From assembly GCA_964016885.1 (NCBI GenBank), contig OZ024746.1, positions 58,776,001 through 58,840,000 on the forward strand: a stretch of DNA of 64,000 bases. The letters are read 5' to 3'. Position 1 is the stretch's first letter; each line of letters starts with the position of its first letter. Below the pieces are notes generated by a model. It was not told where the DNA came from. It saw only the letters and a program-made list of their open reading frames with translations, and searched no databases. Below are positions 44,349 through 59,641 of this stretch, one piece after another. Source of the DNA: Eledone cirrhosa. Lineage: Eukaryota. The position numbers were made by a program, and so were the translations under genes.

Positions 44349-45900
44349 TCAGCACAACTCTCTACGTTTAACTTCTTTATTCATGGAAATGAAGACTAAA
44401 TTGCTCAATCTCTCTTCAATTTGAGAACACCTCATATAATTATTTAATCGCTTTAATAAAGAAAACGATCTCTCACAGGATCCAGACGTGGCAGGTATGG
44501 TCAAAATGAGACGTAGTAATTTTGTTACTTCTGCCAGAGCTTGTTTGAGTTCAGGTTCACGTATTATGTCTGTGAATTCCTGGACGTTTGAGAGTTGCTG
44601 TGCAAACTCTGCAGCATAAACTGATTTCAGCTCGCATTTCAATACATCCAATATGTGTACATAGACGTCCAAGGATGAAAACGATTCCATCGGAATTTAC
44701 TTTTCTTCATAAGCATAAAAAACTTCGGATTCAACAATTCAACAAACTTGAACTCTCCCATTGTTTTAAATCAGTCATGGGCAACCTGCGGTCCTCGAAG
44801 CTTTCTGAATGGCTCGCCTAAGTCACCTAAGTAAAATCCTCCTGATTTATTTAACCCAACTTTTCAGTCGTAATTTATATTTCTATCATTTTTACGATCA
44901 AGGAAAACATTGTGTATGAAATTTGAAGAAACAAATCAAAACAACCTGAGTTACCGCCCTTCTTTAATGTGGGCACGAATGTAAATTAGTGCTTGCGGTC
45001 CGTTGATGATGAGCCATATCTCATGCGGCCCGATTCTCCCCCTAAAAGGTTGCGCATGCGTGCTTTAAATTCTGCTCAACCTGAATAATAACTTCATCCA
45101 AAATGTTGCTAAACAAAGGTAGAATTCTTGAATCTGATTGAGAGAATACCAAATTAAGTGAATGTGCTCAACATTGTACAAATATGACATTCGCCTCCAA
45201 AATCCCATTTATTCTTGCTTGCACTCCATTCAAATGCCGAGCCATCCATTATAAATGTGTGCGAATTATAGAACTTCTTCGGTTAGCGATGCAGCTCTTC
45301 TATCTTTACTGACAGCGACGTATCTCCAAAACCTTACTTCTGGCTTTCTCATCCAAAAATCGCTAAACACGTGAAAATTGATGTTTCATTCGAAGATCCG
45401 TAGCTTCATCAAACATATTACCAACAAATGATATCTTTTTCGAGCATTGCCTTAATTTCACATTCAATTGTAGCAGCTATACAATTAATGATCCGTTTTG
45501 AATATCAACTTAAATTCTAGAAAATGTGCAATTACAATGTTTCTTCACGAAACACAGATGTTTTCTTAAACAATCATCGTATTCCGCCACTGCTTCACAT
45601 ATAGCCAGAAAATTACCTCTATTTACCCTTTTGTTTCATTGTGTCATGGAAATGATAATTCTTGATAGGCCAACATTCCAATACAATGAATTATCTTTTT
45701 CAATATATGACGATTTTTCCACACTGGTGCTATTGAATCGAAGCCGCTTCCTAGTGATCGATCGCTTTATCAATTCCTCGTTGGCCAAAGGTTTTCCCAG
45801 CGATTACGAAATTCAGATATTTCCGAGATATTTTGTGTCATGTCAAATTGTTGAAGCTTCGTTTTCTCTATTCCGAAAATAATAATATTCTTCTCCTCTT
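44349..45900 (-). pseudogene. Decayed hAT-superfamily transposase (DUF4371/ZMYM1-like plus C-terminal dimerisation domain)
   Basis: LLRLILTIPATSGSCERSFSLLKRLNNYMRCSQIEERLSNL (hAT dimerisation motif) at 44349-44690, GNFLAICEAVAEYDDCLRKHL (~45550-45620) and DEATDL (~45395-45411). Fragmented, with an approximate 5' boundary. Confidence 0.8.
44772..45062. mobile_element. hAT (Charlie-like) MITE inserted into the transposase relic
   Basis: Imperfect TIRs CAGTCATGGGCAACCT / AGGTTGCGCATGCGTG, subterminal GCGG(T/C)CC motifs, and 8-bp TSD TTTTAAAT / CTTTAAAT. Confidence 0.8.
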
Positions 45901-48106
45901 AGAAGCTTCTTATTGAAAAGGATTGAGAAAGTAGAGAGGAAACTGAGCTTATTGAGTCTTTTGCCATCATGTGGAGAATGAAAATGTAAAAAATGTTACA
46001 GGGATATTATTTTCTAAATGAATCAAAACTTTATTCTAACAAAAAATAGAAGCGAGTTTACTTTTTTTACGTAACCTTTTAAAAGTATAATTTGAAATAT
46101 TTAAAATTAAATTTTAAAGGATTTGAATGAATAAATGGATGAAAACTTTATCTTTTTAAACACAAAAATAAACTTTGCTGGCTATTCCTTTCACTCCTTG
46201 GTCAGAGAAGAATTCTGGGTAGTGGTCACATGACTGAATCTGAGTCTTAAAACAATAAAATAAAAGGTGCTTTTAATGTGATATTAAGGTCACCAAATGC
46301 CCCATACATACTGTACAGCACCGTATAATCGTATGAAATAAACCAGAATCAGCAATAATTCTCAACCTGTTCAAATATGCAAGTCTTTGATCTCAAAAGC
46401 ACGGGGCAATAAAAGCATCATCACTTCGCTTCAACTCGTAGACATGCAATATATATTTTGCATTTTGGCTATATCTCACTTGTCCCTGCTTAACAGGAAA
46501 AAGACAAACGTATTAACTAAACTAACAGCATTGTTTTGTTTTTGTTTTGTTTTGTTTTGTTATTTTTTTATGGAAGGCAAGTGAGATAAAAATTACTTTT
46601 GTTTACCTCCCAGTCCTTTGCTCAAAGGTGGAGCGGGAAAGCAATTAATCGAATGTTTTCATTGTGTGTATATATCATCATCATCCGGCGGCTTCAGCCG
46701 ATATCGACTCAACAATTGATCTCCACGTGGGTCTGTCATTCATTGCCGCCGCCAAATCCTGGATTTCAATGCCAAATTCTCTGGATATGATATCAGGATA
46801 GGAGAGACTGGCGTCCCCTGTTATTAGTGATTACTTGTGGTTTCCAAAGCACTAATGGGACACCGCCTCATAGGTGGCACGATGGCAGTGGCCAGCAAAT
46901 CTTACATATATACATATATATATATATATATGTGTGTGTCTGTCTGTTTATATGTGTGTGTAAGCTTTTTTATTTCACATTACTCTATTTCGTAGTTAGT
47001 TCCTCACATTGAATCTCCCTGACATCTACTTTACTAGTGCATCTATTCCTGGAATATTTACCCATTTCCACGTTAATATCATTAGCAGTCTGTTCCATTC
47101 ATAAAACAACTGGAATATTCGGTTCAAAACATGTGTGTCACACAGCCCCATTAAAATATGCCAATGCAATGTATTCAGAATTTGTTAAATGTTCAAATAT
47201 TTTAGGCACCAAGGGAGTGTATGCAAAAATGTAATAAAATGTAAAAATGATACCAAATATTACCAAAACAGTGACAATTAAAATTAATTCTAATTAGAAT
47301 TAATGTTTGAACATAACTATAAAACAACGAAATCTTACAACCGAGTGTAAATAACTATCTTTTATTAAAAAAATAAATTTATTTGTTAATGTTAATTGCT
47401 GTTAATTAGGTTAATGTTGTTAACTCATTATTTAAATACAAAGGATAAATGGACCTCCGTTTGTTTAATTAATGATTGTTATAGTTGTTAGTTCAATGGA
47501 ACGGTGTACTCATTAAATTAATTTGAACATAGCGGCGTATTCTACATACACGTCTAGAGTTAACATATTTCTCAGAGATAGTCAACGTGACAAAGCATGT
47601 GACAAGACTTCTGGCCTTGAGAATTACAGATACAGTACATTGGATAGGCTTCTAATTGGTTTATATCTATATCATAAATATGTTTGTTTATAAAAATGTA
47701 AGGAATGAAAGAATAATTTAGAAAAACTAAAACTTACATTGTGTAGATAGGAGGTTCCATATTTCTTTTTCTTTTACATTACCGCCCCATTGTTAAAGAA
47801 AATGTGATATCATCATTTCCTCCCCATTGTACACTTGATTCAAAATAATTCTCTGGAAATTAAATGTTAGATTTTGTATTATTTTATATAAACATTTATT
47901 GAAAACCTAAAGATGACATGTTTACGAGCAATTACTAATTGGCTAATTTCTTTCCATACTACTCATTTAGTTCCAAATATCTTCCTATCAACCCCTTCCC
48001 CCTGAGCTTCAGTTGCGTTTCCCAGCACATATTTTGGCATTACGGGTCTCGATAAATTCCATGCCGGAATCCTCCACAGTATAGGATATGTTCCAGCAGT
48101 ACTATC

Positions 48107-48173
<67 letters not shown>

Positions 48174-50366
48174 CGCGCGTGTATGTGTGTGTGTGTGTGT
48201 GTATGTGTGTGTGTGTGTGTGTGTTCGTGCGCGCGCGCGTGTGCCTGTATATATATATATATATATACACGTGTACATATGTGTATATATGCGCGGAGAC
48301 ATAGAAATAATCGGGCTGGACACCCGATCGCGCGGTTAAACCACTGGGAGTGAAGGATCCCTAGCATTTGTCAGGGTATTCTTCTAGGAGAAGGCAACTC
48401 AGGAAACTGGGATAACTCCGACTTAAAACCTGCGGCTCAGTAGTTTCTGATGTTGTTGATCTTTTCTTCTTTTCGGGTAATAGCTACTGTCGCTCAGAGA
48501 GTGGTATTGGTTCAGTGCCCAGTGTTTCCTCACTTTTAAAAAATCTTCAAACACAGGCATTGCAAGATAACATTAATAAATAATTATTAATAATGCTATA
48601 TCGTGCAATAGACATACTAGATAACGAGGGAGCAGCCATCATATGTATATATAGATCATGTTTAAACTAGAAAGACCATAGTTGAGCAGAATACACGATA
48701 CTTGTAATTGTAGTGTGTAAATATTGCAGAGAATCTTGAATTTGCTGGTGAAACGGCACGAGCTCAACCGTCGGGATCTGACTCTGTACTATATATATAT
48801 ATATATATATGCGCGTGAGTGTGTGTACGTCAAACTGCAATTACCCTCAAATTCCACTGAAAAAATAATGGTCAACGCGAAGAGAGAATAGAAGACACTC
48901 TCCCAGGTCTTGCACAGACATGCCCCTGTCTATAGATATGGGTGAAAAGAATTAACTTTTACTCTCACTGCTTTTAGTTAAGAAGCTATATACATATACA
49001 ATTGACATATCTATCTATCCAATACTTTTTATAGCCTACCGTACTACTGTACCATGAACGATTTTTTTGTTATTTATAGTAGACTTCAATATATTTTCTC
49101 TTATCCGTTGCTTTTTGTCACAAACACATAATTGTCATTTATAAACACATAAACAGCTGACACCAGAAAATAACACTTTTCACCAAAATTTACCTCGCTT
49201 TTAAATCCCCTTCCATGTATCACATTCCTCTTCGTTATTATGCTTTACTTCTATATTCTTTGTATTTTCAGATTAAACAAAATTCTATTCTTCCAATCAG
49301 AATCTCACTTTCAAAATGGTGCCATATTTGTCTTTCGTCCTTTGAGAACGGCTTTAGCTAAAGTACCCAGGTGCTGGTTAGAAATTTCTCAACACTCACT
49401 GCACATTAACTTTGAAATATCACTTATGCGTTGACTAATTACTTAATAATGCGATACACAGCATTTTTTAAAGGACTGGACATGTTATGTAAAGTGTTAT
49501 ACAAAGTTTGATTAACATACAGATAAAATATCTTCACGAATAAAAACAACCGTAGTGAAATATAACGAATTGGCACAGTCGTTAACACCTAACACAGAAA
49601 TATAAACTACGGTCGTCAGAATGCATGGAGAGTGAATGTATAGCATGTATAATGTTTGCCTAAAGAGTATAGTTCCCTAAAGATTATAGTTCACTTCGTT
49701 GTAGCAAACAGACAAAGCATCCGACTTGTTCTTCTACACGCCTCTGACGCAACGAAGCATCCAGTTAGTGACGTACTACGAATAGCAGCGAAGCATCCAG
49801 TAAGTGTAGTACTACGAATAGCAGAAAAGAAGGGGAAATTATATAGGTTTCATTTAATAGGCAACAAACGTTTTCTAAGATGTTTATTTCTAAACATCGC
49901 CCACAGGAAGTGAAACGGCGCCTCATTAACATTGCACAAGCAAATAAGAAACCTGTACGTTAGGGTTCCTCAAAATGGTTGATATCGATCCCAGGGCTCG
50001 AAAGAACTACCTAGGGAGTCGATTAACTTTTGGGGTCAAACCTTGACATTTGTATGAAAAATAAAAATACATAAACTAATATAAGATACGAGTTTCTGAT
50101 TTATTTATATGTAATTTGTTTTTATTCAGTCTTTTTGTATAAAATGTTTAATGTTTATATACTGATGTACATATGTAAGGTGGACGGATATGAGGAGCGA
50201 CTCAAAGATTCCATTAAAGGCATGATGGCCTTGAGGATACTTCTTCTATGCTATCTCTCATTAAGCATGTTAAAAATAAAGTCGAATAACCATCGTACAC
50301 ACATAAAACACCTGATCTCACACAAAATATACGAAAATATTGAACAATATAACCTCCGATTTTTAG

Positions 50367-50932
50367 ATGTTTCTACTTTTGGTACAAGGTCAGTACATTA
50401 CTGGTGCTTTATTTTATCGACCTCGTAAGGAGGAAAGGTAATCATAACGTCGACGGAATTTGAACTCAGAACGTATAGGGCCATAACTCTATGCTGCAAA
50501 GCATGGAGTCTGACGCTCTACTAATATTGCCAAATAATTGTTTCTACTTTTGGCACAAGGCCAGCAATTACCCAGTGTATTACTGGTACTTTATTTTATC
50601 GACCCCGTAAGGATGAAAGGCAAAGTTAACCTCGGCGGGATTTGAACTCAGAATGGCAAGAGCCGTAACTCTATGCGTCAAAGTATGGCGTCCGACCCTC
50701 TACCGATACTGCCAATCCACCAAATAATGCCATTTGTAATAATTGTTTCTACTTTTGGCACAAGGCAAGCAATTACCCAATAGAATTACTGGTATTTTAT
50801 TTTATCGACCCCGTAAGGATGAAAGGCAAAGTTAACCTCGGTGGGATTTGAACTCAGAATTGCAAGGGCCGTAACTCTATGCGTCAAAGCATGGCGTCTG
50901 TCCCTCTACCAATACTGCCAATCCACCGCCCT
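50367..50932 (-). mobile_element. Cluster of three tandem SINE copies (50367-50532, 50536-50721, 50740-50932)
   Basis: Family consensus. TSD AATGCCATTTGTAA surrounds the third copy and CAAATAAT surrounds the second. Confidence 0.9.
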
Positions 50933-51682
50933 CAATGCCATTTGTAAAAATCTGGGGTAGTCATGAGTGGAGTACATTTACTCATAACAAAACCATCAGC
51001 TGATATTGTAATTAATAATGTAATTTCACATAATTTATCTACTGTTTTTTTAAATATAAATGAGTGTGTTTATGTGTGTTTTTGTGTGTGTGTTCACGCA
51101 GGGCGTGCACGTGTGTATCTGTGAGTAATTTGTTGAAGTCAATATTTTATGCTATGAAGTATGAACACTTATATTCCTTGACATTAGTGAAATAAAACCA
51201 TATAATTCAATATGAAAGAGTACGGGTGAAATTTTCCAGTCGAAATCCTAACAAAAATTGAAAATAAACAGACCAAACAGAGTGATATGGAACAGAGAAA
51301 GGGAGGCATGCACACATCAGTGCAAATCAGCTGTCCGGAAGATATCTATATAATGCTAAAGATTAGGAAAATGGAGAACAATTATGCTGAACTAATAACC
51401 CATCTGCAAATACTCTAGCCTCCCTATACCTTTAGATTTGTACCTGTGTCGTTGGAGCTCTGTGATATGTTACAGAATGTCTTAGTACAAATCTTGAAAA
51501 GCCGGGCTTCACAGCACAAGAATGAGCACGGTTAGTTAGGAGGTTGCAAATACAATGCATTAATGTAATTGTAAAAGTATGTAAAACATTTCAGAAATTG
51601 AACTAATAATAAACATGTAGATATACAGACAAATGCACATGTACACATATAACTCAAAACATACATGTAATAACATCCATAC

Positions 51683-51748
<66 letters not shown>

Positions 51749-52212
51749 TCTCTAGTGGAAATTTATAAAATAATAAATCATACTTACATACACAGATACA
51801 AACACATATATAGAGATATTTGATTGTATGTGACCAATAGCGATACTTCTCACCAAATATGATGGTTATTGCGATATAAGTGGGCTCCTGCCAGACGAAT
51901 AATCATACTGGACGAAACAGCGGTAAGCTACTAGGGAATATGGAGCAATAGGTGACACTATTAGCTCAGAGAAAAAACTTTCACAACCCCAACGATTTAG
52001 TAACTCGACAGTTTCTGATTCAGCTATGTACGAAGCTGGTTCGATATGGAGAACAAATTGGTTCAATCAGGAAACAAGGAGTCTTACAAAGCCTTAATAG
52101 TTGAGAGGGAAAATTTAAAACCTGAATCACATTATTAGAAAGATAGATGAAGTTTATATGTTCATTATAATGGGTTCATACGATTGTATGTATCCGACAT
52201 ACCTGGGAAAAC

Positions 52213-52369
52213 ATTGGGAAGTATCGGTAGAGCATCAGACACGATGGCTTGCAACATAGAGTTATGGCCCTTTACGTACTGAGTTCAAATCCCGCCGATG
52301 TTAGATTTGCCTATTATCCTGACGGAGTCCATAAAATAAAGCACCAGTAATGCACCAGGATAATTGCTA
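52213..52369 (+). mobile_element. Diverged SINE copy
   Basis: GAGTTCAAATCCCGCC B box and a degenerate core. Confidence 0.75.
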
Positions 52370-52716
52370 TATCCTTTGAAACATCGTCAATAAAAATCAT
52401 TCCGGATTTCCTTTTTATTTCTAATTGCTGGAAAGGAGATTAGTCTGTGAAAACTACCCGTTTCGGTCCAAACATTACATTTCTAGGTTGAAGGTAATAT
52501 TCTGAGATTTGTCTTGATGTCTTGTTGCTTTGAAACAGATAGAATTCAAAATTGCAATACTCAAGCTGAACCCCATTTTCACGAACCTTGGAATCACCAC
52601 TATTATGTATATATGTATATATGTATATAACCAAAGATTAATATAGTTCATTGATTACTCAATGAATATAGTTTTACAATAGATTAAAAGCACTCTACAG
52701 GGGTCTCTGGAGTTAT

Positions 52717-52809
52717 TATTATTCAGAATAATAATAAATGAAGACATTCATAATAAAACATATATTTTCATTATGTGAATGTCTTCATTTATTATTGTTC
52801 TGAATAATA
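52717..52809. repeat. Imperfect AT-rich palindrome (~35-40-bp arms)
   Basis: TATTATTCAGAATAATAATAAATGAAGACATTCA..TGAATGTCTTCATTTATTATTGTTCTGAATAATA. Confidence 0.85.
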
Positions 52810-53172
52810 TATATGTATATATGTATATATGTATATATGTATATATGTATATATGTATATGTGTATTTATGGGTGTATGCGTATGTGCTTATGTATCTAT
52901 GTATTAATGTACGTACATATGTATATATAAATATACGTGTGTGTGTGTGTGTGTGTTTGTATATGTGTGCTTATTGGATAGATAGATAGCAAGAGAGTCT
53001 CGTGCTTTCAGAATCCCAGTGAAGATATGGACAACGAAATTTGTTAAAAGCCATCTTCATATTAGAATCGACAATGACAACAGCATAAGTAGCTGACTGA
53101 CTCATTGATTATATATATACACACATATATACACACGCACACATGCACACACAATCACACGCACACACACAT

Positions 53173-53345
<173 letters not shown>

Positions 53346-54248
53346 GAGAGAAAGAGAGAGGAGACAGATGTGTAGTAATCATATACAAAAGTATTGAAAT
53401 CTTAGCACAAAGGATTAATATAGATCGCGCTAAGCGCATATTACCTGCTAAATTAGCTATAAAATCGAATGTGATGTAATTGCTAGCAATTCCTATTTTC
53501 TCTTCGCTTCCCTTCTTCTTCAACCCAACAACAACGTATAGTGGAACATCCACTTTAATAATGCATCACCAGATGTACCCTTATGCCGAAAGTTATGAGA
53601 TTCTAAAGACCATTCTTTTTATTATTCTTATTTCTATCAGATTTTCTCTTTCTGACTACCATCCAATATTGGTAATATCAAATGCCACGCAACTTGGAAA
53701 TGTTACTTCTTTACCTAAAAGCATCAATAAACGAGCAAGATGATGGTAACGTTGGCGTTCTTCTAACTGAGAAGAAATCTGTTTTAATTTTCGAATACAT
53801 TGCTTCAATGAGCAATAATTTAAGACTGAGAACTCCCAAATGAATAAGCTTACCTATTACAAACTTATGTTAATTAATTTCTTATGTATGAATGCTTGCG
53901 AGAGAGAATGAGAAAAAGAAGGTATATAAGTATGTATGTATATATGTATGTATGTATGCATGTATGTATGTATTTGTGTATGTACATATGTATGAATATG
54001 GTTACGTTTGCATATATGTATATAAATATATATGTATGTGTGTAACGTATGTATGTATGTATGCATGTAATGTATTTATGTATGTGTGAATATGTATTTA
54101 TGTTTGTATATGTGAATATGTTTATGTTTGCATATATGTCAATAAATATATATATATGTATCTGTGTGCGTATATATATATATATATGTGTGTGTATGTA
54201 TATATGTAGGTAGGTAGGAAGGTAGATAGGTAGATAGGTAGGTAGGTG

Positions 54249-54280
<32 letters not shown>

Positions 54281-54567
54281 TGTATGTATGTATGTATGTA
54301 TGTATGTATATACATATGTATGTATGTACGCTTGCTGTACTTTTATCCAGTTGAGTATGCGAGGAATTGAACGGGAATTTCAAAACTAACTAAACGTAGG
54401 AAGCAGAGATTAGGGCGAAAATCCCAGTAGAGATTTAAACCTATTTACTGATAATAAATTTCTATTGAACATTTCCAATAAATAGGTTTCTTACATTTCT
54501 GAATTTTGATATAGATATGAAGTCATTGTGGCATACTAATGTATGTATATATATATATATATAAATA

Positions 54568-54667
<100 letters not shown>

Positions 54668-55372
54668 CTGTGTGTCTCTGTATGCAGCATACATATATAG
54701 ACATATACATATATACATATACGTTGCGCACATATCATATATATATATATATATATCATATATATACATATCATATATATATATAGAGAGAGAGAGAGGG
54801 GGGGAGGGAGATTGAGGAGAACATTAATTTGGGTCATTTCAACAACCTAGTTTTAATATATATAATGAATTTTCCCCCAAACTATCATTTTATTGCTCTT
54901 TGTGTTTAACATGTTTTGTGTATTGCATGTTACTGATTTATCTATCACTAAATTAAAACTACAAAACGTTTTTCGCGTCCCTGGAGTAGAGCAGTGAGAT
55001 TCTAGCAACGCCTGTGAATTAGATTATATCCAATCCTTTTCTAATTATTGCAATTTGCACGACACATATCACTCGTAAATCCGTTATCGCCCATTTATTC
55101 AAACACGTATAAATTATGTTTAGTAGTGAAGCTTATTTGGCCTGAGCTTCCAGAATATATTGCTTTATGATTATATGTTTCTTCAATCTTTGATATTTTA
55201 TTCAGTATTAAAGATTTATATAAATCAAAATAATCTCCCTTATAATATGTATTATCTTGTATGTATGTATGGTCCCGTAACTGCTGATAGAGTGGTAGGG
55301 TTACCCTATTGACATACGGCGTTTCTTGGGCATTTTAAGCCTGCGGAACCCATCCCTCTCCAGGTGTATTAT

Positions 55373-55590
55373 CATGACTGGGTGGTTAATAATTTTGCTT
55401 TGTAATTATGAGGTGCCGGAGTTCGATCCCAATGGGTGGCGTCTTGTGCAAGGTTCTGTAAACATAATCTTGGATTGTCGCAAGACATTTGAATGAAATT
55501 GGAGACAGAAACTGCGTGGAAATCCGTCAGATGGATTTTACATCTGTATTGTATCATACTGATTATGCTTTAGAATTATGTTGAGGATAC
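55373..55590 (+). mobile_element. Diverged tRNA-derived SINE (third family)
   Basis: TGACTGGGTGGTTAA (A-box-like) and GAGTTCGATCCC (B box). Confidence 0.5.
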
Positions 55591-56882
55591 AAGTCCTTCA
55601 GGACCGCCCTTCCTTTAACAAAATATAGGACACCTTTGCTAAATGTGTACGGTCTGAATATATGTCAAAATAAACCAGGCTGTAATATCTTTGAAAATAC
55701 ACAATTTTGTCACACTGAATAAGCTTTGGACTTACGTCAAGGATGCAAATCTCACTGGACTTCCATTCTTTCAACAAAAGGTAGAACACCTAAGCTAATT
55801 TATTTCTAGATTTGTAAGATTTGAATAAATGTCAACATAGACACAGCTGCAATATCTTTGAAAATAGGCAATTTTGTTACGTTAACAAGTCTTTATATTT
55901 AGTATGTATATTTATAGAGATATTAACACATATATAGATTTTCGGTTAATACTCTACAGTATCTGAACATACATGTAATTATCGTAAATTTCGGTTGCTT
56001 TAGGGCGCAATTTAATATAAACTGGAATTATTTTATATACATAATGTGTATATATATATACACAACTCAGGACCGGTTAGTGATATGCTAACCAGTTTGT
56101 GTACAGATATGTTTTATCGTATATGTCGAATGCTTAGTGAACAATTTAATGTATAGTGAAATTGAATATGGATGCAAAAATTGAAAAATCAAACAGAGTA
56201 GATCATAAAGTTCTCTGTGTGTATGTATGTTTGTGATTGTGTGTCCGAGTGTGTGTGTGCCTGTGTGTGCGCGCGCGCGTGTAGGTATGTCTGCGTGTTC
56301 ATTTCTCTCTTTCCTTCTCTGTCGATATCTCTATGATTCTTCATTTCTCCCTCCCTATCCATATCCCTTTCACTTTCACCCCTTACCCACCGCTCTCCCT
56401 AGCTTTCCCCTCCACTCTCTGTTACTGTCCTTTGCTCTCCCTTTCTCTCATTCAAGCAAAGTCATATCACACAAATACACTTATAAAGACTAAAATAGAA
56501 TTTAACGATCCGCCTTTACTTCAACATAGATATCACACCAGCCACATCTAATGTTCCTGAAAAAACACACTAAAAATACCGTAGCAACATTGTATATCAC
56601 TAAAAATATCCAATACTAGCGCTACGCTAAATTAATATAGGCCGCTGAAACTGATGGCAGAGAAATGCATTGTGGGTTATATATACATATATATATGTGC
56701 CTGTACATGTATGTTTAGTATGTATGTGTGTGTATGTGTGTGTGGGGGGGGGGGTATATATATCAGAATGAACCATAATTCGTGACCGATAACAACTTAT
56801 CAAGATGGCGGTCATGTTGTCTGAAATTCAATTTTGCCAATTACTAATTTTGCAGATACGAGACTAATATACAAAAATTGTA

Positions 56883-57006
<124 letters not shown>

Positions 57007-57029
57007 ATATACTATTATATTATATTATA

Positions 57030-57087
<58 letters not shown>

Positions 57088-57138
57088 AATATATATAGAG
57101 ATATACACACACAAACATATATAAATACAGACACACGC

Positions 57139-57198
<60 letters not shown>

Positions 57199-58081
57199 TA
57201 CATATATGTATTTATATGTGGATATATAAATAATTGAGTACATGCGCGTGTCTCTGTATTTATAAATTCGCACATTAAAACATACATATGAGATACAAGA
57301 TCATACACATATATACACACAAACAAAATATTTGATGAGTTTTATGACGGGGGTGATTTAAATTAGATTAGTGCCACTATATAACACACGTTACTATCAT
57401 AAAGTCAATACTTACTTGAAGAACATAATTTTTCTTTGCCAAGATAATGAAGATAAGAATCTCACCTACCCCTCACACGATATATTAATAAATATGCGAA
57501 TAATAATAAGTATAGTCATATTATACATACTTACTTGTGGATTTAGTAACGGGTTCTTCTGTATATTCTAACGAAATGCCTGTTGAGAAAGTGGTTTTCC
57601 TCGTTCATCTTTTTGCCAGAAGCCGAATATTTTTTATGTAAGCTGACGGTAACTGATTTAGGAACCGCAGAAACCAAAAAGCTGGAATTTACCATCATTC
57701 TAGCCGGTCCGGGTAAAGATTTTTCATTCATTTATCTTTCATTATTTTTCTTTATTTGTCTGACCCGAATTTTCCTGGTCGTTTTTTTCGGCTGTGCGAG
57801 TGATTTTAAGCATTGTCTCCATGTGTTGGTATTTAAACGATAGTTATAGCTCTGGTTTATCCAAACTATTGAGCCCTTTGCCACGCATTTCGAAGATTGT
57901 GTTTCGTAATTTCGTGGGCCGAAATTCCGATTCTCGATAATTTATTTGTATAAATTTATATACAGAAACAACGAGAAAGAAAAAGAAAAAAAACAGGAAT
58001 GCGTGTGACGTGAATCACTACCTTTGGAATTATTTATTTCATATAAATATACATGTATGTAGTTATGCATGTAAGTGTGTG

Positions 58082-58170
<89 letters not shown>

Positions 58171-58211
58171 GATTAAATCTTAACCATTTAACATCTCAGG
58201 GTATGTCATGT

Positions 58212-58281
58212 ATCATTATATTTTGTCTGATGAGGACGTACTCTTGTACATCCGAAATATGTATAATAAAATGTAATTGAT
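58212..58281 (+). ncRNA. Type I hammerhead ribozyme motif in a ~150-bp PLE-end fragment between (TA)n arrays
   Basis: ATCATTATATTTTGT-CTGATGA-GGACGTAC-TCTT-GTACATCC-GAAA-TATGTATA/ATAAAATGTAATTGAT. Canonical core. Confidence 0.85.
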
Positions 58282-58310
58282 CAAAAGAACATCTATTTTA
58301 TTAATACTTA

Positions 58311-58357
<47 letters not shown>

Positions 58358-58436
58358 CGAAGGAAATGTGGTAAGGAACCAGGTGGACCATAACGCACCA
58401 AAGTACTCAATACTTGAGGTAGTAGAGTGGGTAATA

Positions 58437-58548
58437 GGAACCAGTAAGACCCCGACAGCTGAGCTCAAGCCGTTTCGACGGCTAATTCTGGACTAAATGA
58501 AAATTTATCCTGGTATTTAAATAGCCGATCTTCTCAAGGGGTAATTCC
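58437..58548 (-). ncRNA. pLTR hammerhead ribozyme (3' copy), U3-A8 variant with long stem II
   Basis: Reverse complement reads GGAATTA-CCCC-TTGAGAA-GATCGGCTA..TAGCCGTC-GAAAC-GGCTTGAGCTCAGCT-GTC/GGGG..TGGTTCC. Predicted cut between 58454 and 58453. Confidence 0.85.
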
Positions 58549-59641
58549 AAATATGGTCAAAGTGATTGTCAAAAATCAGTAGTAATTCTGTGGTTGCAAA
58601 TTAGTAGGGGAGATGGTGGCTAAACCTGCCAGTAGGAGAAAGAGGGGAGGGGTGGAGTAGACCCAATCAAGCGTTGGTAGTGCCAGCTACAGCTGGGCAT
58701 GAGGTCAAAGAAGATACAGGGGAGGGGGAGGGGGAGGAAGTCGGAACGGTAGGTAGAACAATGGGGGGTAGAAATAGGAAAGAAAAAATACTGAGAGTGA
58801 AGAAAAGCAAATAAGTGTAAAGAAAAAAGTAAAGTAAATTAAATTCTACGACCTAGGTGTCAGGCTATTGTTAGGCGAGAATAAAATAAAGAAAGAAAGA
58901 AAGAAGTAAATAAATAAATAAATAAATAAATAAGGAAATAAGTAAGAGAACTAGGTGGGACGGATAAGGCAAGGACCCTTTTAAGAGGTATAAGTACGTA
59001 AATGATACGGTGACGGGTCAACAAAAGGGGCCAAAATACTAAAGAGACTACCACGAAATAAACAATAAAGGTTTCCATCCCGGGCCAGCAACGACCCAGT
59101 GCAGCAAAGTGAACTTGTACGAGATAATAATTCTGAGTCCCGAGAAAAATATATACTAATGCTAACTCTAAAAGATCTAAAACAAGCTACATGAAAGTTC
59201 GTACGAAATAAAGGTAGAATACGGAGAAATAAATTCAGAATCCACCCCGCCCAGAAGAAAAGCGAAGCAAGAAATACTGAAACGAAAAAATAAGGCATGT
59301 GCCACTAAGAAATATAGAGGGCACAGAGAATAGTGGGAGCGGTCGGAAAAAGGGGGAAAATATCCGGGGTCTAAGCCAACTGCTATAAAGGGCGGAGTCC
59401 GCCAAATCTATCAAAGACTAGGGGAGGGGGGGTGGGGGTACTAAGGCTACATGGGGCCAAAGGGCAGCCTCGGGTGGGCGAGAAAAGACGCCGACAAAGG
59501 AGAAGAGCTGGGGTAGAAGGACAAAGGAGAGAGGGGGGAAGGAAATAAAGGAAGCGATAAAAGAATACAAAGAAGATCTTACGTCTTCCTTGGCAAGCAG
59601 GGGTTACCCATTGCAAAATCGGCAACTGGGGTGTTATAGCC

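Noticed and set aside
58718-59440. G-quadruplex-like G tracts in the pLTR
   Set aside because: They are present only on the antisense strand and expected from the C/T-rich sense UTR, with no further support.
58860-59625. Small hydrophobic ORFs in the pLTR (duplicated at 62415-63165)
   Set aside because: They are explained by the pyrimidine-rich 3' UTR composition. A 4-nt indel between the copies alters one of them, and no motif is recognisable.
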